This document shows, in pieces, positions 1-12,619 of a stretch of 64,000 nt of DNA. This DNA is from the human T2T-CHM13v2.0 reference genome, Homo sapiens, in NCBI RefSeq assembly GCF_009914755.1, contig NC_060928.1. The stretch is one strand, 5' to 3'. Positions within the stretch are counted from its first letter, which is position 1. Every line of letters begins with the position of its first letter. The notes under the pieces are model-generated. The model did no database searches and had not been told where the DNA came from. It was given only the letters and a program-made list of their open reading frames with translations. Both the position numbers and the translations under genes were made by a program.

Positions 1-959
1 GTTCTGAACTTTAAGAAGAAACTTTCAGAAGACATCCCTAAAAAAGCAAGTATAATGACCATAGTATGAAACTTAATTGTGATATAATAAAGCTTTTTGC
101 TGTATCCAGACATGTTACACAAATATTCTTTATGAATTACATAAACAGAAAGGCAGGAGCTAGTACAAATAATGAAGAATATTTATTTAAAAAAAACAAA
201 AAGCGGTTATTTTATGTAGAACAGGCTGCATACATTATTTATTACACCGTATTCAAAATATTGTACAACTCTGTTATGAGGAATTTTACTTGCACTTGGA
301 GAATACAGGTAAATACATTAGAGGCTTATAGATCCTGAATGCAGCTGCAGATAGTGTCCCTTAAAAGAAGAAATGCAGCTGGTTTCCTATTTCCCACTCT
401 TTTTTGTGCCAGACAAGGAAGTGACTTTCTTTAGAAAAGAGGATTATAATAGTCATATCCTTAAATGAGGAAACTAGAACCAGATTTCTTTTTAGAACTT
501 GCAGTGGGGATTAGAAGAAATGTTGCAATAAACTTTAGGTTATTCTAATCTCAGTTTACTAAGTTTTTGGTAACACTGCTCATTTAACATTGGAAAGAGA
601 TGGGATCTGCATAATAAAGTATACTTCCCATAACTTAAAAGTAATCATGTTCATTGCGTAGGATAAAATCATCCGTTATTCCAAAACCAGAGGAAACTGC
701 AAAAAAAGAGTGCTGTGTTAGCAGTGACTTAAGTATCCTTTCACAGTTTGCTAAAAATTTTTAAGAAATTTTTGCAATTTCCCTCAAATTAACTACCAGG
801 CAGGCATCAATTTGTCATTTTTGTATATTGCATTAAAGCATTTAATGCTAAATTAAGACGGAAAGGTAGGTTTTTTTTCTTTTTTTTTTTAACTTTTCCT
901 TTCTGCAAAAAAAAATCAAACATTTATTAACTGCTCTCTATTGTTGTCTTTCTCTTTAG

Positions 960-962
960 AAG
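960..962 (+). other. Candidate 3-nt micro-exon (AAG), or NAGNAG acceptor of a longer exon
   Basis: ttaactgctctctattgttgtctttctctttAG|AAG|GTAATT: branch-like TTAAC, TGC, pyrimidine tract, AG at 958-959 and GT at 963. (T)GCATG motifs at 1246, 1278, 1308 and 1324. No transcript evidence available. Confidence 0.3.
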
Positions 963-1548
963 GTAATTTGTGGTCAGTGGAGCCCAGCAGGGAAGCTCCT
1001 TCTCCTCCAGATGGCAGTGACATTTGAGAAAACCTTGGAGGATTAAAGACACTCTAGTGAGCACTCACTGCAAAGTCCTGACACAATTTGACAGTCCTAA
1101 TCTGGGTCCTCAACTGATTGGATGACCAAGGGCACAAAATTCTCATCCAACTGTGCAATCACCAGGCACATTGTTAAGGGCACTAAAAATGTTCCAAAGT
1201 TTTGGTGACTGTTTTAAACAAAAATATATAAACCTTTTCTTCATGGCATGTTTTTGGAAAAGGTCTTGGAGGTACCTTGCATGGCTTTTAAAAACTGACT
1301 ATATTTTTGCATGAATGAGCACAGCATGCTATAAATGTCTTTACTCTTTATTAAGTAGGGTTTGCAAACAATCTAAATGGTTAAATGGTAGAGGAAACTA
1401 TAGAAATTGATCTCAGTGAGCAAAGCCTACCAAATCTAATTATATATTGTCACCATCTGCTGCAATATGATAACAGAATTAATACAATTACTTTGAGAAT
1501 TTTGAAGAAAAAACTTTTGAAAAAAATGGACACGTGTGGCAAGTCTGC

Positions 1549-1602
<54 letters not shown>
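1549..1602. repeat. Compound microsatellite (GT)8(GA)19
   Basis: Read directly from the sequence. Confidence 0.95.
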
Positions 1603-1604
<2 letters not shown>

Positions 1605-1739
1605 CAAGGGCAAGAAAAAAATGCCATCTTAGCTGTTCTTTCTTTTTCTGTTTCTTTTTTACCTTTCCTCATTTTTAAGTTATTGCTTAAAATGATTTGA
1701 AATATGTTTTCCTAATTTTCGTGTTGATTAAAGTTATCA

Positions 1740-2010
1740 AGTTTTGGTAAGGTGATTTTATGGGTTTGGAATTTTAATTATATCCACTGCAGCTTCTAAA
1801 ATCACCATGGCAACAGGTGTGTAATTATCAACATTGCACATAGCTTCAATGTGTAATGCATTTCTTCTGGCTGAATGAATATTAAATCATACTGCTTAAC
1901 ACCTCCTCTACTAGTAAACAGATAAGGCTTTGGCCATGGCTTGCAAATTGATCTTGCTTCTGTAGATTTCTATTACTGCAGAGCCATTGAATGGGGTAAT
2001 TTGTGCCTTT
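1740..2010. promoter_or_regulatory. Candidate enhancer-like non-coding element
   Basis: No recognisable repeat. PBX/HOX-like TGATTTTATGG (1753), RFX X-box-like ATCACCATGGCAAC (1801-1814), FOX GTAAACA overlapping GATA AGATAA (1914-1925). Motif inference only. Confidence 0.3.
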
Positions 2011-4840
2011 GAGGGTTTTCTGACTTTGCTAGAGCATGACAGAAAGTCCAGTTTTATTTCATGTAATGAGAAAAAAAACATGTTTAATTATTACTCACAT
2101 TTCCATTAGTAGAATTCTTTCCAAGAGAATATTCTCCTTATTGTTTTCCATTGCAAGGTGTGTATTCAGGACAGATGAGATTTTTTTAAAAAAGACATTT
2201 TCTTAAGGAAAGCTTACATTTTAAATGCTACTTTTCCTAGCAAATGCAGGTGGTCATTGTATGAAGCACATATGAAATGAAACCTTTGATTTAATACCAA
2301 ACTATAGCCTACTGTCAACTCTAAGAAAACTGTATGATCCATAATTTTAAGTAAACCAAAACTTTACTTTGTTTCTAATATTCCAGGTGGTCTTTTCAGA
2401 CTGATATCTATGTAGAAGTACGCAAGAAAGTGACGTGATTATCTGATTATCAGATTATGTTTATATGTCTCTGATTGTTATCAAGCTCAAAATTTTCCTT
2501 AAATAGCTATGGAAAGAGATAGCAGTTTACTACTACTACTATTATTATTAGGTCATCTAATGTAATTCAATTTATAAATCTGATGCATACATTTGACTGA
2601 TAGGATACAGACTTTTAAGGACCTAGCATTATAAAAAATATAATTTAAATACATAGATCAAATAGAGCCATATATAATATTGTTAAATAGGGAACAAGAT
2701 AAATGATTATGAAGATGTATAGATCTTTTAATCATTCAGTGTTTGTTTTTAGTGGACATTTTATTTTGGGATGCCATTCAGTAACTTGAAGTTATTAAAT
2801 GAAGCATAATCAATATTAGAACAAAAGCCAGCATAAGAAGATTTATTTAAATTTGATGTATTTAGAATTTGGAGTCTGGTCACTAGAATTTTGAGGCTAG
2901 GTGATTCTATGAAAGGCTGTATGTAACCACCTTCTACTCTATTCCTTCCTCTCCACCCAGGTCAAATATCCCAGAATATGGTATTATTTAAGTATCATCA
3001 ACTTTTAATTTTAGTGTGTTTCCATTTTCAAACTAAGACAGGTGCAAAGTTGAGGTTACCAGCGGTACAAGATCAGATCACCTAGTTAGATATTGATGCA
3101 TAGTAAAATGTAGCCTAACACACTCTATTCATAATGTGGATTGACAACTAAGAAAAAAGTGAATGCTTTATTCACACAAATAGGTTAATATTCCTGAAAT
3201 AGTGTCCAATGCATTTAAAGCCATTTAAAAGAACATAGAGAATACATTATTTTTCTTAGCTTATTTCTCCAGTATTTCTCCCTGTATTACTCTAGCTCAT
3301 ATTTAGACTTTTTGTTAATCTTAGAAAAAGGATAAACACACACAGTGTATTTCTGCAGACTCCCCTTTAATGGATCTCTGCCAGTGTTAGCCATTGTTTC
3401 AGTTGCCTGTGGCTGCTCAACTGTGCAAGGTTGCCTGGAAACGCTCCTTCTTCAGTGCAAAGCTCTCCGGCCACTTTCCATACCTCCCAGCCCAGGGCTT
3501 AAAGATTCAGGGACTCCAGCCACTGGTGTTTCTTTTTGAAATCTCCTTAGTAAACTAATGATCTTGTAAATGTAGAAAACAGAAAAATTACTTCTCAGTC
3601 TGTAGGGCGTGCAAGTTTAAAACAAAACAAAACAAAAACTTTGAAAAAAATATGTATTTGTTACAAGTTAAAACAAATACAATTTTTCTTCTCTATTGAA
3701 TTTGATTTAAAATTTTGTTAAACCAGCATTTTGTAATGTGTAATATTTTTGGCAAATATTTTAAGTTAACATCTACCACTGTCTTTCAGCCTGGAAATTG
3801 TGTGCTATTCCCATCAAGGTTACATCATGTTTCCATTACTCCTTTAATTGGGGGAAGTTTCAAAGTCAGACACCTTGATTTGGAATTTCAATGCTTTTAA
3901 CAAATTTTAAAGCAAGTACCACTATTAGGTAACAGAATATTATTATTACTCACTTTTTTCCTTGGTTAAATTTGTTTGTTAGTCCTAAGAGGCTTTAGGA
4001 ATATAAAATGAATGTGATGTTTGATAGTATCAATACAGTTGATTTTACTTGTCTCTGCTATTTTCTCTTTTCATATTATAACTTAATAACAACAACAAAT
4101 TAGAGATATGCTATTTTTCCACAGTTAGTTCAAGTTTCTAATTCTGGAGTATAAGATGGGGATATCACTGTGCATGAGTTAAATAGATGCCCCTACATAA
4201 TACCTATATATCATTACTAGTTTTAAAAGAAAGATTATGTAAAAAGTGGTAGTAGGTAGTAGGTAGTCTTTTTCTTTTGTTACAAGTGCTTTGAAATTAC
4301 TGGTTTGTGATATAGGATGTGAAAAGAAAGACAAAATCCGTGATGTTTGAAAGACATACTATTATCAGATATGGCTTACTTAAAATTAGTTATTAGACTT
4401 TGGTCTCCTAACAGCTTTTATTCCCCCCAATATACTTTCAAATTCCGATTTTCAGAAATCTTAATTGTACAATATTAATATTGCTACAGACACAAACTTT
4501 GCTAGCCCTTTATTGGTAGATTACATAGACTACATTGGTTATTAGATTTTAAAGTTTATTAATAACATCATATCCATTCAAGTTTATTTTAATACTTTTT
4601 CCTTATTTATTTAAGGAATTACTTCAGGTGATATGTGGATTTTAATTGTTACATAAATGCATTTTATGGTTATTTATAACATTCACTTTAATTTAAAGGC
4701 CTATAAGACCTGTGGTTGGATGACGGTATGTATTAATGTTGTTTTTAACATTAAGAACTTACATAATTGGTCCAGAAAATCAGACCTATCCCTTCATGTT
4801 CTCTTTCCTTCTGTACTTCATAAGCCTACGTGTCCCTTAG

Positions 4841-4892
4841 GATAGATTACTGGATCTGCTTCTCGATTGCTGATAGACCTTTTTCAGTTAAG
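4841..4892 (+). other. Candidate 52-nt cassette exon (alternative acceptors at 4825 and 4888)
   Basis: Pyrimidine-rich 4789-4820, CCCTTAG acceptor, consensus donor AAG|GTAAGT at 4892/4893, two TGCATG (4988, 4998) downstream, several retained CpGs. Confidence 0.4.
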
Positions 4893-5209
4893 GTAAGTTA
4901 TATGTTAGACATCATAGAGTGATCGGACTGGTTTTATTACATAGCATATTGGGAGCAAAGCAAAAGAATAAAGCAGATACATATTTCTGCATGTCGATGC
5001 ATGTATCCACTGTATTTTTAACGCAAACTAATTAATTGTGGGCCAAAAGTTACAGTAATGAATAGAAGTCTGTTGTTCTTACTCACATCAGGCACGCAGT
5101 CTTACTTTTTTGTAAATTTAAATTGACGAGGTAGGTAGAGTATCACGATAAGCTTAAAATGGTTATTTTGAAGAAATTTTCAAGAAAAATATTAAGGAAA
5201 AATTTGGGT

Positions 5210-5355
5210 GTCTACTCTGTGAGACAATCTGTCTCTAAGGTGCTTTACATATTTTATCTCACTTAATCCGAGGAACCACCCTATGATTTAGGTAGCATTG
5301 TTCCTATTTTGAAGTTTGACAAACTCATGCACCTTGAAGTTAGTTAAACTCAGGG
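5210..5355 (-). mobile_element. MIR SINE fragment
   Basis: gtgctttacat...cacttaatcc...ccctatg...taggta matches the reverse MIR core. Confidence 0.6.
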
Positions 5356-5849
5356 TTGTCTTAATCATTTCTAATTTCAGTGAATATACTTTCCCATTGG
5401 ACATTTAACTTTCTAATTAATGTGAAAAAAAGACAGTATTTCTGATAGCATATACAGCAGTCACTTTAGGGGCAGATAAACATGAGATGCCAGGGATTTG
5501 GATTGTTCAAGTCAATAGTGTCCTGAAGAATAATATATTCACTGTGTGAAACAACAACAACATCAACTAGATACAAAGTTTCTGTAAAATTCGGACAATC
5601 ATTTTGGGTTCTTAACATAAATAGACAAGATTGATATATATAATGGTATTTCAGTAGAAACCAGGAAAATATCCCAACTTCGAGAATCGTTTCTTGCCAA
5701 GCCCACAGTAAGAGTTCTAAATATAAGTTAAAATAGGTTCTCTGCCACCATGAAACTGGTACCCAACACATATCCCAATTATAAAACGTCTTTATAGTCC
5801 ACTATGGCAATTATGAAGGCAGAGTATAATATGGGAGCCTGAAAAGCTA

Positions 5850-6330
5850 TACTAAAGAGGCGACTTTTGAATGGGGTCTGGAGGGATGTGTTCACCAAGG
5901 AGTGAAAGGAGGAAAGGAACTTAAGTTGGTGAAGAAACACAGATGGATGTGTGAACAACTCCACATGGCCAAAGAATGGTGTGTTTTGGTGTGTAGGGAG
6001 GGATTTCTGGTTAGGTCCATGAGCCAGTATTACAAAGGGCTTTGCATGGCATGAGAAGGTATTCGGATGCCACTTTGTTCAATACAGAGATCTACTAAGC
6101 ACTTAAAAATTAGAGACAAATAATATTCAGATTCATATGTTGAAAAGATTGCATTTGTGCCAATGGAGAGGACATAGCAAAGGGAGCTAGATTAGAGTTA
6201 GCAGTGTCACTTAGGATGCCATTACCTTTGTCTAGGGATCTTAGACTCAAGGTAAGCAAAGCTTAGGTCTTGAACCAAGCAGATAAAGACTAGAGAAGAG
6301 GTGCTCAGAAATGTTGAATCAGTACATTTT
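5850..6330 (-). mobile_element. L2 LINE fragment
   Basis: Purine-rich reverse L2 3' motifs (gaggcgacttttgaa, agggctttgcatggcatgagaagg, gaaaagattgcatt). Confidence 0.5.
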
Positions 6331-7461
6331 GTTATACTTTAAAAATTGTTACAAGGCCAGTGGCTGCCACACAAGACATTAAGCTTTTTTGTTTTTGCTT
6401 AATGAATGAGTACAAATGTGGGGGAAGTAAGGAAAAAGGCAGCTCTGAGGTTTGCTGGAAGTTAGCTACCCTCATGTTTAGCAGACCTACAAAGTCTTGA
6501 AGCAGGAAGTAGATTTATCATGGTGGGAGGGAGATGGCTTGATAGAATGAGGAAGTGAAATGAAATGGCTCTTCCCAAGAGTGACAATGCATTTTAGAGA
6601 AGATGTGAAGATGATGCGGTTGTTGAGAAGAAAGAGTATTCAGTGAGCAGCACAGTGGAGAAATGGTATGGTACCTAGGTAGGAAAATGAAAATGAAGGA
6701 TTCCTCATTTTCTCTTCCAGATCAGGTCATGTGACAGGACTCTGCTCACTCCCTCTCTACACTTTAATCTTCACTGAAAGATACATAGGGATAGGAAAAT
6801 TTCCTAACATTCTCTCTTTTCCTCTGTATTAAGTCATTCCATTAACCAAAAAGTTCAATAAATATCAACTGAATGCCTATTATCTGTCCCTTTTTAATTT
6901 TCTTTCTGCCCTGTAAAAAGCTGAATAGAGGAATGCTTATACGTTAGTGGGAGTTTTAGAAGTCTCTGAAAGTGAGAGGTAAGTCGTTTGTCATTTTGGC
7001 TAGATCTTCCCCTAGGAACTTCTAAATGGTTTCATGACCTCATTTCATCCTAGACAAATGCAAGAGGGCTTTAATATGAGAAGAGCCTCAGGAATCCAAC
7101 TTGTAGATATAAGCCTCTCTTTTAACAGGTTACTTAGTAAATTAGTTTTCTTTGTACTGTGATTCATTAAGAACAATAACTTTGATTTCATTTTATACTT
7201 TACAGGAAGCATAGAGTGACTCAATAGTAGAAAAATACAATAACATTTTTAAAAATTATGTAAATTAAATAAAATGGTATACGTTAAAATTGTGAAAATT
7301 GTGTAAATTACATAAAAAATATATGTGATTAAATTAAAACCAGGATTTGTGGGGTGGCTGAATTAGATTTCTTAATAAAATTTATGAAAAACTGTGCATG
7401 GTACATACTATTCTTTCAGAAGCAATAACAGTTGTAAGAGATTATTTTTTAAAAAATAGAT

Positions 7462-7620
7462 ACCATTTATTGAGAGCTTACTAGGTGTCAGCCAGTGCTG
7501 TATCCACATTACATGTATGAATTCATTTAATTTTTAAAGTCAACCTGTGACTTACCCTGTGAGCTCACTATGTGAGCCATCACCCTTGTTTTGCAAACAA
7601 ACAAATTGAGGGGGAGAAAT
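7462..7620 (-). mobile_element. MIR SINE fragment
   Basis: catttattgagagcttactaggtgtcag...attcatttaat is the reverse MIR 3' end. Confidence 0.65.
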
Positions 7621-7956
7621 GAATCCATATTCTTATTTTATATCAGCCATATCTCTCAACAAACGCTAATCAGAGCTGATTAACAAATTATAATCAGCAT
7701 GTTCAATATTTGATATTTCATTTACCTTGCAGGACATCCTTTGTTTTATAGAATTTTTTAAAAACCTTAGTAGAATTTTTCTTTTTTAACTATTATTAAG
7801 GCTCCTTAGGTGAGTGGTTTTCAAACGATATCCTAAAGGTCTCCAGAAATTTCTTAGAGAATCTCATATCTTCTTCAACCAGATTCACTTGAGGTATAGT
7901 CATTTCATATATTAGGTTTTATTAGAGCTTTTCCCTCCTTCTCTTGCTCTGCCTCG

Positions 7957-7996
7957 CATCCATCCATCCACCCGTCCACCCATCTACCCATCCATC
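7957..7996. repeat. Imperfect (CATC)n repeat
   Basis: catccatccatccacccgtccacccatctacccatccatc. Confidence 0.8.
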
Positions 7997-8197
7997 AATG
8001 AACTTAATTTTTTTAGCTTTAAATAACTAAATCATGTACTACTAATAAAAAATAAAGCTAAAACTGGAGGACAACATATTAAAATATTAGATTTCAGGAT
8101 CTCTCTTTAGATTGTACACATCACTTCATGAATGTTAGCAGTAGCATTAAATCCAAACTTATAAAATGTTAGTGATGAAGTAGCAGTGCATTAAATA

Positions 8198-8263
8198 TAG
8201 GCAGGTGCATTACTTTCAATTAAAAGTAATGGCAAAACCACAATTACTTTTGTACAAACCTAA
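8198..8263. mobile_element. MADE1 (Hsmar1-derived MITE), left arm partly deleted
   Basis: aaagtaatggcaaaaccacaattacttttgtacaaacctaa matches the MADE1 right arm, followed by TA. Confidence 0.85.
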
Positions 8264-8477
8264 TATGTTGGCCTTTCCTGATTGAATGTATATTAGCTAC
8301 TTTATACATATTGTTATAATGTATAACATTAAAATGGCATATTGAATTTTTAAAGTAGCTAATACCTTTAAAGATTCTACAACATAAAAACAATTTTGCA
8401 TAAGAAATGTTAGGTATCTCTAAGTATATTTTATTTTTAATTTTTTATTTCTTTTTTCTCTTCCAAAGAAAAAACTC

Positions 8478-8556
8478 AGGTTTATTGATGTATAATTTAC
8501 ACAAAAAGCATTCACATTTTTTGGGTGTACAGCCCAATGAGTTTCTGTAAATATGT
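8478..8556 (-). mobile_element. Old L1M 3'-end fragment
   Basis: tttattgatgtataatttaca...gtgtacagcccaatgagttt is a typical reverse L1MB/MC terminus. Confidence 0.6.
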
Positions 8557-11500
8557 CCTAAATTTTTTTTAACAATCATATTCAGAAAGTTTAAATTCAA
8601 AAAAGTTTAAAATTATTTTCGACCTTAATTCAAAATACACCATTCAGGATGTTTCCTGCTCATTTTGCTACACTGTATTAAGAAAGAATTTTCAAAATAT
8701 GGCTGCGTTCTCTTGGTGAAAAGTACTTTCCAAGGGACAGCCTAATTAGCCCATGCTTTCCCTCCAGCTCCATCTTGTCCTCCTTTCCTGCGCTGGATGG
8801 CCTTTTTCCTGAGGTAGGTGAGAGTGCCCAGGACAAAGGACACACTGATTTCTCTGGGAAATTTAAACCATGTTATCAAGGATGGTTCTGTCTGCCTAAT
8901 TTGTAACTTTTGGTTGGGGCTTGGAGTCAGTTGTGGAGCACAGGGTGGGTGAAGGCAGAGGAGAGAGCTCCATAACAGGAACGCAGAGCAGCAAGGTCTC
9001 AAGGGAACCTGACAAGGATACCTCGGAAGAGGCAGGCTCTCAGTGCGTCAACTTTTCATTGGTTCTATGGACTGTGGGGGAAAGCAAAGGGACAGCTTGT
9101 TTTTCATGGATTGATTTTCCAAGCAGCTTTATGAATTGTTACAATTTTGATCTGGGTTACATACATTCAGTTAAATGGATGTTTGTATTAATATAAACAT
9201 TAATTTTATATTATTTATGTAATTAAATATTTGTGTTTAATTATATAAATTTTTATATTCTGTGCTGTTTTACTTTTTTGTATTTTTTAAAATAACGTGT
9301 ATCTTCTTTTTAGCTTGCATAAATATGTTTATTCACTTAAAAAGTAAGGTTTTTATATTTAAAACTATATTAAAACAAACGCACAAACATGGATTTTTCT
9401 TGAAGGTTATTCTGGAAGGTTTTGCTTCATCTTAATCTCAAAGACTTTGCTTTGTTGTTTACTTTTTATAAATGAATATATTTTAGCCTAATACTTCTGT
9501 TCTAGAACTTAAATATTGGCTGTATTATTTTTCTTAATATTAAAATGTTTCCTTTAAAATTTATTTTCCAAGAGGAATGAAATTTTTTTTTTTAAAAAAG
9601 GGATTTTAATGTTTAAAAACTGCTTTGGGACTGGGTCTGTAGGTTCAGTACACCTTCTGAGACTGAAACAATAAGAGCACTCGTGGCTTATTGAACCATG
9701 ATAATCAAAGCAACCGAATAACAGTAAATACTAGAACTGGATTCTGCTTCTTATACCTAATTAAAAATATATATTGTTTTAAATGGGGAATTTATAGTGA
9801 ATCTCATGAACAAGTAATATAGACTAAACAATCTGACATTAAAATTAGAGAATACAAATATTTGTGATTTATGTCCTTTTCTTAATTTGAAACACGTGTG
9901 TGATACATAACATGTACAGCAAAAGATAAAAATAAGATTAAGCCAGAATGCCATTTTGAAAACAAAATACAAAAAAGATATGTTCCATTAATCCACAGAT
10001 ATAAACTATAGTAGTGTTTCTGCATTACCATAATTATTTCTGCAGAGCAGGAGAATAAGCAGAAGAGAATTTACATCTATGTTTGCTTAATATTGTTTCT
10101 GTCTTTAGGTTTCACTTCTCTCCCATGGTAATGTAAAAGTAGGACCACCTGTTTTCCATTGGGCATTCAGTTTGGGTAAATTCTTACAACACAGCAATGT
10201 ATTTCTAATCAGAATTTTCTGGAAATCTGAGGGAAGTTAATTATAACAATAATATTTTTAAAAACTGCAGTGAATAAAATTAATTCCAGGAAGACACCCT
10301 TCCTCCCCACCAAAAGAGAAATCTAGGAAGAAACACACTTCCTATGCAGATTTAAAAGCTTTGGGAATCAAGGTTATGAATAAAAAAAATCATTTCACTT
10401 CCATAAGGATCCAGAAGGGAAATATTTAAATGTAAAATTTGATCTATAAAATCTAGGCAGCATGTATTTTCCTGCAACTATTTATAAGAGAACGGGGCAT
10501 TGTAGAATAAAATTTGTAATAAGTGGAAGTATTTCTGTCTTCGAAAGGATTGCTGTAAATTGTGGGATGTGTAGAAAAACTGCTCCTGCTTAAAAAATTG
10601 CAAACGTGTTTTTAAGCAATGTTTCTAAGTTTCTATTTTAAGTCAGCAATAGGAAAAGTTATTTTCTTGTATATATGTCAAAAAATATCAAATCAGAAAG
10701 GCCATCTACAATTGATTTTTCTACTTGAAAGGAACGAGGAAGGGAAAGTTCGTCTTTGCTCTTGTCCATCAGAGTATTATGCCTGCCAGCTTGTGTGCAA
10801 ATGATTTATTCTGAAAAGCAGACTTTACACTTAGAGAAATACTGGGATGGAGCATTTGTGCCCTGTGGAGTGTTTGGAAATGGAATAATGCATCCACAAA
10901 GACAGCTTTCTGCATCCTTTCTGCCTGCACATATGAAAGGGTAAGCATTAATTTCAATAATGGTTCAAGTAATTGAAAAAGGGCCTGCATTTCAGGATAG
11001 CTGGACAGTTCACCCATTAGCTCTCTACTGCAAAGAGAAAAAGAAAGCTGACCTGCCCATTTTAACATTTTAACAGATAATTAAGAATGACAAAATCTAA
11101 AGATATCAAATAAAATGTAAAACTTAAAAGTCAGTCAGTAACCATACTCTAATAGTTTGTTTTCTAGTTCCTACTTTTCATTAACTCCAAAATTTTTATG
11201 CTTAATACCTTAACTGCCATTTGGTGTAATTATACTTAATTTTTTTTCATGTAAGTCATTTTCCTGCTCTGAAGGTTATTTTTAGAAAAACTTGATCCAT
11301 CTTTTCTCTCATTCACATATATTTGCAAACAGATAGTTTCTGTGAAAAGCCAGGTGTTTTCAGTGATCTAATTACTATAATTACAGGCTTTGAATTTTAA
11401 ACCCAATTCTTAACTTTTAAAATAAAACTTTGGAGATAAATTAAAGGCACTAGAAGGTCACAAAACCAGTATTAATTGTAATATACTGTGAAGTTCCTCT

Positions 11501-11619
11501 TGGTTTACATACTAATGTATAGAAGATTTTTGAAGGCTCTTTTTACTCTTATCAATTGACTCAATGGACTCATGACTGTAGCATGTCTTATTTTCACAGA
11601 TGAAACATTTCAGATGCAC

Positions 11620-11745
11620 CGTACCAAATAAAATCATACTCCTTAGCATGATTTTTCAGATTATCCACAGTCTAGTCTCAATCTCTTTCCAGCTTCGACT
11701 CACTGCTTCATTCCCCCAGTTGCCTAAACTCTATGTTATTTTGAG
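11620..11745 (+). mobile_element. L2 fragment
   Basis: ataaaatcatactccttagcatg...tccacagtctagtctc resembles the L2 3' region. Confidence 0.5.
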
Positions 11746-11879
11746 TGTGCTCGTTCTGCAAGTATTTCAAAGTTTCAGTGCAGGTCCCAGCTATTCAGGG
11801 CAGACATTTGAACATAAAAGTGTTTAACTGCTGGACAGTTCCAGTTTTTCATCACACATGCTGTTATTCCTAACATTCC

Positions 11880-12340
11880 CGTATCAGTTAAGAATGGTTC
11901 ATATAACAGAACATACAACCCTGCTGTTGGTGTTGATATAAGAAAAAGTCCACAGGGAGGCGGCCAGTTCAGAGGTAGTGTAACTCCTCAGGGATGCTGT
12001 TAAGGACCCAAGATCTTTCTGCCTCTCAGCCGTATCATCTTTACTATGTGAACGTTTGTCCTCATGATGGTTGAAGCCTCAGTTGAAGGCTGCCGCACCT
12101 TCAACTCTCTGCCATGTTCCAGGCAAGCAAAAAAGAGATGTGGAATGGGGCGTGAGTAACGGGCTGTACCCGATTGTTCTGTCCTTCCCCCCACCCTCCC
12201 GTCACTTCTTTCTTTTTTTCAGGAAATTACAAGCTTTCTCAGAGGCTGACAACAGTAGTCTTTGTTTCACATCTCATTGGGCAACACCCAGTCATGGCTG
12301 CCCCTACCTGGAAGATGGCTAAGGGAGAAAGGAATGCGAG
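11880..12340 (-). mobile_element. Old MaLR LTR (MLT1J/K/L-like)
   Basis: aaggacccaagatctttctgcctc, ggctgccgcaccttca, cacatctcattgg...gtcatggctgcccct. Confidence 0.6.
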
Positions 12341-12619
12341 TGGGGACTGGGCCAGTGAAAGAACTGTGCCTGCCACACTGCTTTTCACTCGCACGCATCC
12401 CTCCACTTGAAATGCCTTTTCTCTTATCCTTTATGTGTGTTCATCTACATCTTGTGTGGAGGCTGTCCACTTTCTCCAGTTCTGTGTGAGCTCCTATGAG
12501 CTGCTGTTTTTATTTTCCTATGGGATATCATTTTTAACCTTCATAATAAAAGGCAAAATGACTGTCATTAGCTTTATGTAGCTGTGTCTTAACACTGAGG
12601 TCAGAAATTGTGCTATATG

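Noticed and set aside
220-308. Exon candidate ending CAG|GTAAAT within ORF 66-338
   Set aside because: Weak acceptor and an AT-rich peptide I do not recognise.
1385-1678. ORFs with ERERE or SLSLS runs
   Set aside because: Produced by the (GT)(GA) microsatellite.
8198-8263. miR-548-like hairpin from MADE1
   Set aside because: Most of the left arm is deleted, leaving only a ~9-bp stem, too short for a pre-miRNA.
10109-10127. 19-nt exon candidate (ctttAG|...ATG|GTAATG)
   Set aside because: Plausible sites, but such pairs arise by chance in 64 kb and I see no supporting regulatory cluster.
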